This document shows positions 8,584 to 15,125 of a DNA stretch of 44,614 nt, piece after piece (the stretch's first letter is position 1; each line of letters begins with the position of its first letter). The notes beneath the pieces are model-generated. The model was given only the letters and a program-made list of their open reading frames with translations. It had not been told where the DNA came from and did not search any database. Source of the stretch: a virus. The DNA lies in the IMG/VR virus record IMGVR_UViG_3300045988_007107, positions 1-44,614 of that record. One strand, 5' to 3'. The translations under genes were made by a program, and so were the position numbers.

Positions 8584-9896
8584 TAAAATCCTCCTTGCCA
8601 TGATGGCGTTTGTGGTGTTTCGATTTCAGCTTCCGTTGTTGGCTGATGCGTCTTGTTATCGAGACTATAGCCGTCTTCGATGATAATTGAGCATTCATCA
8701 CCAGTCGACACTCTCGTTGCAATGGCTTGTAGACCTTCATCTTCAAGCCATTTCCCAAATTGATTCAGTGTGATTTGGTCCATTTGTTCGAGTTTGTCGA
8801 TTAAAACGAAGCCACAATCCGGTTTTAGTTTTCGGACGATTGCGGTCGCTACCATGAGTTGTTGAGAACCTGACATGTTATCCCACTCTTGACCGAGATA
8901 GAGAAGTTTTCCATCGTTGACAGATAGACCTTCGAGTGGTAAGTCAGCATTAGTTAATAGGTCACGCTTGTCTTTTCGGACAGCTTCGATTTCGCTAGAT
9001 AATCTGTTGTATTCTTCACGTTGGACTCTAGCTTCTTCTTCAGCTTTTTCTTTGTCAAGATTAGCTCGAACCTTGAGGTTGATTTGCTCGATATTAGCGA
9101 TATTGCTTTCGATTTCTTCTGTAGATTCATCAATAAGGTCAATCGTTAAGTCGGTAGCGATTTGAAGGTCGTTTTCAAGAACTTCCAATTCTGCTTGAGC
9201 TGCCTTCAATTGTTCTGACAAACGGTTAACTTCAGCAAGTTTGCCTTCGTAGGCAGTTTTAATTTGCTGAGCGTTTTGACGTTTGCGAGCATTCTCTCCG
9301 TTTTTAGCCAACACCCCTTGTTGTTCTGCAATCAGATCTGCAATGGAAACTAACTCTTTTGGTGCGTCTGGATAATAGGTTTGTTCTTTTGCGAACTTCT
9401 CCTTCTGGTCTGCAATCACACCGATAGCGTGACGCTTGTCATATAACTGCTTCTCTTTGATTTCTAACTCGGCTAATTGGGGACCAACTCCGATGATTTG
9501 CAAAAGAATGTCAGCCTTCTCTTTAGCTGTGCTATCCATAAATTTCGGGAGGTTGATAGCCAATTCCTCAACAAAACTATCAAGAAGTTGTTGACCGCCT
9601 TTATTCCCATTAGGATCAATTACTTTCAGAGAACTATTCTTTCCTTTTCTCTCAACAATCAATCCATTTGACATGGTAATTTTAAGAGAAGGAGGAACGA
9701 CAGAACCTTCACGAGCTGCCTTGCTAGGTTTAAATCGATTTCCACCCAATGCCCAAGCAATAGAATCTAACACGCTTGTTTTACCTTGGTTGTTATTCCC
9801 ACCAATTACTGTGAGACCAGTAGGCGATGGCTCAACTTTGACTGCTTTGATTCGTTTAACGTTTTCGATTTCTAACTTATTTATTGCGATGCTCAT
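8583..9896 (-). CDS. SMC/SbcC/RecF-like ABC-type ATPase with a central coiled coil
   Basis: Walker A is GGNNNQGKTS, followed by a long heptad-rich middle region. The signature motif is SGSQQ and Walker B is FVLIDKLEQMD. Confidence 0.75.
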   Translation of the reverse strand: MSIAINKLEIENVKRIKAVKVEPSPTGLTVIGGNNNQGKTSVLDSIAWALGGNRFKPSKAAREGSVVPPSLKITMSNGLIVERKGKNSSLKVIDPNGNKGGQQLLDSFVEELAINLPKFMDSTAKEKADILLQIIGVGPQLAELEIKEKQLYDKRHAIGVIADQKEKFAKEQTYYPDAPKELVSIADLIAEQQGVLAKNGENARKRQNAQQIKTAYEGKLAEVNRLSEQLKAAQAELEVLENDLQIATDLTIDLIDESTEEIESNIANIEQINLKVRANLDKEKAEEEARVQREEYNRLSSEIEAVRKDKRDLLTNADLPLEGLSVNDGKLLYLGQEWDNMSGSQQLMVATAIVRKLKPDCGFVLIDKLEQMDQITLNQFGKWLEDEGLQAIATRVSTGDECSIIIEDGYSLDNKTHQPTTEAEIETPQTPSWQGGF

Positions 9897-11517
9897 TCAC
9901 TCGACCCTCGCTTTCGTTATACTTCTTAAATCCAAGAGTTAGAGCAGTGATACCTGCTGCAATGACCACAAGACCTAATGTGCTAGCAATTCCTTCTTTC
10001 TCGCCGGTAAGTGGAAGAGTACCACCGTAAACGGTTGTTTTAGGTGTCTCTTTGCTTGCTGGTGCGAAGTTATAAGATACTGTGGCAGGTTGTGCCACTT
10101 TTTCTTTTGGCACTTCTACGGGCTTGCTTGGCACCTCTTTCGGTGTCACTGGTTTTTCTGGCTCTACTGGGATGTGCAACTCTGGCAAATCCAAGATAGG
10201 GGCATCATTCGGAACTACTCCACCCTCGAATGGTGGAAGTTCACGCTCTTCCGGAATTCCAGGGATGCCCCCCTCAAATTCCGGAACGTCAACCTTTGGA
10301 GCTTCACGAGGAACTTCAAACGTTGGCTCCGGCTTGTTTTCACCAGACGCATCACCTCGTCCGCCGACAAGTTGAATCTTCATATATGAAACAGCGCCGT
10401 CTGATTCAGCTTTCAGTTCAATCTTGTTAGTAGGGTTAGTTGAGTCCTTAACAGCATTTACAAGTTTTGTTTTGTAGTACAAGTAAACCATGTGGTCTAA
10501 ACGATCCATTTTGATTTCAAATCCATGCTCAGATTTTGAGATAGACTTAACTAAGTCCATAGCTGAGCCTTTGTCAATCCAAGGGTCTACACTTTCGATG
10601 TTTTTGATTTCAAAGTAGTTATCAACCAACTTTTGGTTTTCTGACATTTCATCAACGATAGTCACATAGTTAAGTACCTTCTTTGCATAGTTAACTCGTG
10701 CTGTCCAATTAATCACAGTAGGGTCTTCTTTGTCTTGGAATCCCCATTTAGAAATCAATTCATCTTTACCGATGACCCCCTCATTACCAACATTGACTGT
10801 TACTACAGTTCCATTGAAATTGATATTTACTGGCTTACCTGCCACAACTTTATCTGTCCAACTTGCATCTAGTTTCAAGTTCATGATCTTATTCAAAGGG
10901 TGTGATTTGAAATAGTCGTTAAATACAGTGGTTACTTTGTTAGTGGTAGCGTCTGCTGTAGCTTTACCAACTACTGCTTTTTCTGGATTGTGTACATCAA
11001 ACTCGTAAGAGGTTTGGAATTTCACTTCTTGAGGCAAGTCGAAAGTAACCTTGTCACCCTCGTTAACCGGCACATTGTCTGGAATTTGAATATCTTTGTA
11101 TTCCACTTCGAATGGGCTATACTTACCATTGCCGTTAGGGAATGTTACGTTAACTTCTGGATTGGAAACGGTGATTTCTGTCCCCTCTTTAGTAACTGTA
11201 GTAGGTGCTGCTGGAGTTTCTGCCACTGGAGTAGCTGGAGTTTCCGCAATAGGTTGCGCTTCAACCGGCGCTGGTGTTTCTACTGGTGCCACTGTTTCAG
11301 TAGATGGTGTCACTGTCACATTTCCAGCGTTATCGGCAGTGTATACGTTAGACACTGTTGGTTGAGTATTTACTGCTGTTTCAGTCACTTCATCGGCTGA
11401 TACTGCACCAGCTCCGATTAGTAGAGCGGTAGCAAGAGCAACCGTTCCGCACAAGCCATAGGCTTTGCTCTTGGTGAAAGAAGTTTTAGCGATTGTTTGA
11501 GTGTTGAATGATTTCAT
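9877..11517 (-). CDS. LPXTG cell-wall-anchored surface adhesin with a Cna-type collagen-binding-like A domain (cargo gene / moron)
   Basis: It has a signal peptide ending AVSADE and a T/P/A-rich spacer. Cna-like motifs are present (PTVINWTARVNYAKKVLNYVTIVDEMSENQKL). A proline-rich wall-spanning region follows, then LPLTG, a hydrophobic helix and a basic tail. Confidence 0.85.
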   Translation of the reverse strand: MKSFNTQTIAKTSFTKSKAYGLCGTVALATALLIGAGAVSADEVTETAVNTQPTVSNVYTADNAGNVTVTPSTETVAPVETPAPVEAQPIAETPATPVAETPAAPTTVTKEGTEITVSNPEVNVTFPNGNGKYSPFEVEYKDIQIPDNVPVNEGDKVTFDLPQEVKFQTSYEFDVHNPEKAVVGKATADATTNKVTTVFNDYFKSHPLNKIMNLKLDASWTDKVVAGKPVNINFNGTVVTVNVGNEGVIGKDELISKWGFQDKEDPTVINWTARVNYAKKVLNYVTIVDEMSENQKLVDNYFEIKNIESVDPWIDKGSAMDLVKSISKSEHGFEIKMDRLDHMVYLYYKTKLVNAVKDSTNPTNKIELKAESDGAVSYMKIQLVGGRGDASGENKPEPTFEVPREAPKVDVPEFEGGIPGIPEERELPPFEGGVVPNDAPILDLPELHIPVEPEKPVTPKEVPSKPVEVPKEKVAQPATVSYNFAPASKETPKTTVYGGTLPLTGEKEGIASTLGLVVIAAGITALTLGFKKYNESEGRVNEHRNK

Positions 11518-11547
11518 GATATACTCCTTGTGTAGATGTTTTTTCTA

Positions 11548-11574
11548 GCATGGGCCCTAACCCATGCTTTTTTT
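11548..11574 (+). terminator. Intrinsic-terminator-like hairpin oriented on the plus strand, directly upstream of the minus-strand adhesin start codon
   Basis: The 7-bp stem gcatggg (11548-11554) / cccatgc (11561-11567) has a 6-nt loop and is followed by T7 (11568-11574). Confidence 0.5.
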
Positions 11575-11578
11575 AGTG

Positions 11579-11732
11579 CTTCAATCCGCACCCATAGCCC
11601 CACCGCTTCGGTTTATTAGTAAAGTAAATATGTTTTTTTAGAAAGATATGTGTGGGTAAAGTAAAGTTTATATTTTTGGGAAGAATGGGTATAAGATACA
11701 CTCCACGACGGGGCCGTGGCTACGGATTGAAG
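11579..11732. repeat. Imperfect 23-bp inverted repeat flanking a 108-bp AT-rich segment upstream of the adhesin gene
   Basis: cttcaatccgcacccatagcccc (11579-11601) matches the reverse complement of ggggccgtggctacggattgaag (11710-11732) at 19 of 23 positions. The interior contains GTAAAGTAAA twice. Confidence 0.6.
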
Positions 11733-11741
11733 ATAGTGATC

Positions 11742-11897
11742 TTAACGGTTTCCGTATTTTGCTAAAAGCTCTTGTTCACGTTTTTTGCGAGCTTCATATT
11801 TGCGTTCATTTTCTTCGTATGGTGTCCATACTGGTTCGAAGAAATATTCTGGTTCTTTCTCTTTTTTAGACCAAATCCAGTTAAATAGTTTTTTCAT
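11742..11897 (-). CDS. Small hypothetical early protein (51 aa from MKKLFNWIW)
   Basis: The internal ATG at 11897 is preceded by AAAGGAA. The longer 77-aa form has no ribosome-binding site and runs into a structured region. Confidence 0.45.
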   Translation of the reverse strand: MKKLFNWIWSKKEKEPEYFFEPVWTPYEENERKYEARKKREQELLAKYGNR

Positions 11898-11931
11898 TTT
11901 TAATTCCTTTCTATTCCCTAACCGCACTAGA

Positions 11932-12023
11932 GAGCTAGTGAGGTTCATATATTTAAGGAGACTTATGAATATCAAATCGTTGTTGCTTACTTAGTTGGTA
12001 TCGTTCAGTTTCCTCACTAGCTC
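11932..12023. repeat. Perfect 12-bp inverted repeat (gagctagtgagg / cctcactagctc) separated by 68 nt between the xis-like gene and the next ORF
   Basis: Read directly at 11932-11943 and 12012-12023. Smaller hairpins are nested inside: cactag-agag-ctagtg at 11926-11941 and ttcata...tatgaa. Confidence 0.7.
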
Positions 12024-12046
12024 ACTGCTACGGCTAGGGTTATGTG

Positions 12047-12328
12047 CTAGGCAATCTCTTGCCAGTTGTTGTTAAACCAATCTCTTACGGGGTCCCGTGG
12101 GTATCTGATTTGTGCCCCTCGACCTTTGTCGATTTTAGGGAAACCGTCAAGATTGGTTATCCGTAGAAATTCTGTGTAGTTGCCAATTCCTAACATTGAC
12201 TGGCACTGTTTAGCAGTCAGAATCAGTGGGAGTGTTTCGTCTATGTCAAACGCTTTTGATTTATCTGCTATGACTGCAGTCAGCATGCTGTCAAACTGGT
12301 CAGCTAATGGTTTGAATGGGTTGCCCAT
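12047..12328 (-). CDS. Excisionase/MerR-like (HTH_17-type) DNA-binding protein
   Basis: The LTAKQCQSMLGIGNYTEFLRI...IRYPRDPVRDWF pattern is typical of phage Xis-like HTH proteins. It is the second gene of the early operon. Confidence 0.6.
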   Translation of the reverse strand: MGNPFKPLADQFDSMLTAVIADKSKAFDIDETLPLILTAKQCQSMLGIGNYTEFLRITNLDGFPKIDKGRGAQIRYPRDPVRDWFNNNWQEIA

Positions 12329-12353
12329 TTTCGTCTCACCTCTTCCTAATCTG

Positions 12354-12367
12354 TACGAAATTTCGTA
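12354..12367. promoter_or_regulatory. Perfect 14-bp palindrome TACGAAATTTCGTA, a putative distal operator
   Basis: Read directly. Related sites lie at 12625-12638 (12 of 14 matches) and 12656-12669 (10 of 14 matches) in the switch region. Confidence 0.6.
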
Positions 12368-12385
12368 TATCTAGGTTAAAAAAAT

Positions 12386-12589
12386 TTAGGCTTCATCACG
12401 TTCACTGAATAGGTATTCTAATTCATATTCTGGGAAGAATACCTTCTTGATAGCCACTGTTTCGCCAAAACTGAAATCTGTTACACCGTTAATCTTGCTA
12501 CGAACCGTGCGATAATCAACTCCTAGCAAATCGGCAATGTCTACTAATGTAACACCTTTGTTCTTACGAATTTCTTCGATGTTTTTCAT
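12386..12589 (-). CDS. Cro-like XRE-family HTH regulator, 67 aa
   Basis: The HTH is VTLVDIADLLGVDYRTVRSKING. It is the first gene of the minus-strand early operon and is divergent from the repressor. The RBS is GGAGGAAG. Confidence 0.8.
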   Translation of the reverse strand: MKNIEEIRKNKGVTLVDIADLLGVDYRTVRSKINGVTDFSFGETVAIKKVFFPEYELEYLFSERDEA

Positions 12590-12618
12590 TTGCTTCCTCC
12601 TTCCTTAAGCTTGATTTA

Positions 12619-12647
12619 AGTATATACTAATTTTCGTATACTGTCAA
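12619..12647 (-). promoter_or_regulatory. Early lytic promoter (TTGACA - 17 nt - TATACT) with an operator-like site in the spacer
   Basis: The minus strand reads TTGACAgtatacgaaaattagtaTATACT. The spacer (12625-12641) contains the operator-like site TACTAATTTTCGTA (12625-12638). Confidence 0.7.
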
Positions 12648-12678
12648 CACAAAAGTACGATTTTTTTTACTTTTTTTA

Positions 12679-12707
12679 TTTACCTATACAATTTTCTGTG
12701 TTAATAT
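12679..12707 (+). promoter_or_regulatory. Repressor-side promoter (TTTACC - 17 nt - TGtTAATAT extended -10)
   Basis: The plus strand reads tttacc at 12679-12684, has a 17-nt spacer, then TG at 12699-12700 and TAATAT at 12702-12707. It lies about 30 nt upstream of the GAGGA RBS of the repressor gene. Confidence 0.55.
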
Positions 12708-12739
12708 ATATGTAGAAATAAAAATGAGGATTATAAAAA

Positions 12740-13084
12740 ATGCAGTCTGAAGAAAGAATTAAAGAGCTTATTATAGCTAAATATGGAAATGTTAGAGCTT
12801 TTGCGACAGAAAGCGGCATTTCTTATACTACTGTTCGCTCTATTTTGGAACGTGGTATCATGAATGCAAAAGCTGAGAATATTTTTAAGATATGTCGTTT
12901 ATTGGGGATATCACCGGATACTGTCGCAGATTGGGGAGTTTCCAACGAACTACAACCCAGCTCCCATGACATTGATGAAATCATAGCTAATGCAATGATG
13001 TTTGACGGCAAACCGCTGACCGATGATGATAAGCGGGCAATCCGTGGCATCATTGCGGGCTATATGAATAGCAAGGAAAAGTGA
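12740..13084 (+). CDS. cI-like XRE-family HTH repressor, 114 aa
   Basis: The HTH is NVRAFATESGISYTTVRSILERG. It is divergent from the cro-like gene and is followed by an ImmA-type peptidase gene. Confidence 0.8.
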   Translation: MQSEERIKELIIAKYGNVRAFATESGISYTTVRSILERGIMNAKAENIFKICRLLGISPDTVADWGVSNELQPSSHDIDEIIANAMMFDGKPLTDDDKRAIRGIIAGYMNSKEK

Positions 13085-13090
13085 GGTTTT

Positions 13091-13477
13091 ATGACTGAAA
13101 ATGAATTGCTTGAGCAGTTCAATGTGTCTCTTTGTGAGTTCGACTCTAGCCAGTGGTCACGAGATGGGTTCCTAGACCCTGTTAACCGTGTGGTTTACAT
13201 CAATAGGGATTTAGACCCAGAAATACGTTTAAAGGTAATTCTGCACGAGCTAGGCCATTTAGAGCACAACTCTAAAGATTATGAGCGTTTGCGTGAGAAA
13301 TACGAAGCTCAAGCCAATAGAAATATGATCCACGAGTTACTAGTTGATTATTTAAAATCTACTGATATCTACGATTTTAATTGGGTTCGCTTCGCTGCAC
13401 AGTATGATATTTCCACGACTTGGGGCGAAGCTATGATACAAGATGAATTTAGGAAAATTCAGCAAACTGTTATTTAA
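13091..13477 (+). CDS. ImmA/IrrE-family zinc metallopeptidase (putative repressor-cleaving anti-repressor)
   Basis: It has the HEXXH motif ILHELGHLEH, is about 128 aa, and lies immediately downstream of the XRE repressor. Confidence 0.8.
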   Translation: MTENELLEQFNVSLCEFDSSQWSRDGFLDPVNRVVYINRDLDPEIRLKVILHELGHLEHNSKDYERLREKYEAQANRNMIHELLVDYLKSTDIYDFNWVRFAAQYDISTTWGEAMIQDEFRKIQQTVI

Positions 13478-13489
13478 AAAAAGGAGAAA

Positions 13490-13966
13490 ATGAAAATGAA
13501 AATGGATGATGTTAGAAATATACCTACTTACTTAAAATTCGAAACAACTTTTGGCTGTACTTTTGGTGGGCTTATTTTAGGTTTTATCTTTCCTCCTTTT
13601 TGGTTATTAATGTTTGTGGGTATTGCTTTACTGTTCGCACGACTTTTTTGGGAGATAAAACACCCTATGACTAAAGAGCAAAAAGAACAATCAAAAATAG
13701 AGCAAGTAAAAGCGAAAGAGGAATTTCAACAAGCGAGAAATGAGTATAAAAAGGCAATGGCAGAAGCAAGAGCTGTAAAATGCCCTCATTGCAAAAGTAC
13801 GGACGTTGAATTTATGGTACAGCAAAGAAAAGGTTTCTCAGTTGGTAAAGCCGCTGCTGGAACTATTATGACTGGCGGTGTTGGTGCTCTAGCTGGTTTT
13901 GCTGGTAAGAAGGGCAAAAAAGAGTGGCACTGTAAGAACTGCGGTGCAGTCTTTACTACTAAATAA
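13490..13966 (+). CDS. Membrane protein with a coiled-coil linker and a C-terminal zinc ribbon split by a glycine-zipper segment (candidate superinfection-exclusion or Abi protein)
   Basis: The hydrophobic region is FGCTFGGLILGFIFPPFWLLMFVGIALLFARLFW, followed by a K/E-rich helix. Then come CPHC ... GKAAAGTIMTGGVGALAGFAGKKGKK ... CKNC. The gene sits between the immunity genes and int. Confidence 0.6.
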   Translation: MKMKMDDVRNIPTYLKFETTFGCTFGGLILGFIFPPFWLLMFVGIALLFARLFWEIKHPMTKEQKEQSKIEQVKAKEEFQQARNEYKKAMAEARAVKCPHCKSTDVEFMVQQRKGFSVGKAAAGTIMTGGVGALAGFAGKKGKKEWHCKNCGAVFTTK

Positions 13967-14022
13967 AAAATAAAACAAAAAAATCCCTGCACTCTCCATC
14001 ACTAGACTTTGAGTGTAGGGAT
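13967..14022 (-). terminator. Strong hairpin with a T-run that is functional only in the minus-strand direction, between the membrane protein gene and int
   Basis: The 12-bp stem atccctgcactc (13983-13994) / gagtgtagggat (14011-14022) has one G-T pair. Plus-strand A-rich DNA at 13967-13982 gives a U-run after the hairpin on the minus strand only. Confidence 0.5.
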
Positions 14023-14045
14023 TATCTATACAAGAGGACTAAACA

Positions 14046-15125
14046 ATGGCATCATACAGAAAACGAGAAAACGGCTGGGAATATCGGATAAACTACTACG
14101 ATTCTACTGGCAAACGAAAACCAAAGTCAAAAGGTGGTTTTCGGACTAAATCTGAAGCTATCAAGGCTGCTGCTGAAATGGAATTAAAATTACAAGAGAC
14201 TATCAATGTTGACGAAGATATCACTCTTTACGCTTATTTCAAGCAGTGGTGCGAAGTTTATAAGAAACCTACTGTTTCCAAAATAACTTATAAGGCATAT
14301 ATCAACACCCAGCGTAAGATAGAATTATTTTTTGGCGACAAGAAACTAAAATCTGTCACTGCCACACAGTACCAGCGTGCACTGAATAGCTACGCTAAAA
14401 CTCACGCTCAAGATACTGTCGAGCGTTTTAATGTGCATGTAAAATCATGCGTTGAAATGGCGGTTCATGAGGGATATATCAAGCGTAACTTTTGTAAGTT
14501 TGCTAAAATCAACGCAAAAAATAAAGGGCGTGATATTGAAACGAAATTCCTAGAGGTCGAGGAATACGAGCGATTGATCTACGAAACAAGCAAACATCCA
14601 GAATTTTCGTCTTATGCAGCACTCTATATCATAGCTAAAACTGGTATCCGATTCGCTGAGTGTCTAGGACTAACAGTGGACGATATCAATCGAGATACTG
14701 GCATGTTATCTGTCAATAAAACATGGGACTATAAGAATAATACTGGTTTCTTACCGACAAAAACAAAAAGCAGTATCCGAGAGATACCACTTGATGATGA
14801 ATTTATAAATTTTATTGACCAACTGCCACCTACTGAAGACGGTAGGCTACTACCATCACTATCCAACAATGCAGTTAATAAGACCTTGCGTAAAATCGTT
14901 GGGCGTGAGGTACGTGTCCACTCGTTAAGACACACTTACGCTAGCTACTTAATCTCACACGACATTGACTTAATATCGGTATCGCAAGTTTTAGGGCATG
15001 AGAATCTAAACATCACGCTTGAGGTCTACGCTCACCAATTACAAGAGCAGAAATCAAGAAACGACGAAAAGATAAAACAAATGTGGACAGAATGTGGACA
15101 AAACGCTTTAAAACCGCATGGTTAA
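14046..15125 (+). CDS. int: Tyrosine recombinase, phage integrase
   Basis: The C-terminal catalytic motifs are HSLRHTYASYLI and LGHENLNITLEVYAH. It has an N-terminal SAM-like domain and is about 359 aa. Confidence 0.9.
   Translation: MASYRKRENGWEYRINYYDSTGKRKPKSKGGFRTKSEAIKAAAEMELKLQETINVDEDITLYAYFKQWCEVYKKPTVSKITYKAYINTQRKIELFFGDKKLKSVTATQYQRALNSYAKTHAQDTVERFNVHVKSCVEMAVHEGYIKRNFCKFAKINAKNKGRDIETKFLEVEEYERLIYETSKHPEFSSYAALYIIAKTGIRFAECLGLTVDDINRDTGMLSVNKTWDYKNNTGFLPTKTKSSIREIPLDDEFINFIDQLPPTEDGRLLPSLSNNAVNKTLRKIVGREVRVHSLRHTYASYLISHDIDLISVSQVLGHENLNITLEVYAHQLQEQKSRNDEKIKQMWTECGQNALKPHG

Noticed and set aside
10300-10400. An RGD tripeptide (GGRGDASG) at the end of the adhesin A domain, considered as a possible integrin-binding motif
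   Set aside because: A single RGD in a 546-aa protein is not unlikely by chance, and nothing else in the sequence supports integrin targeting. It is noted only as a detail to check if the adhesin is studied.
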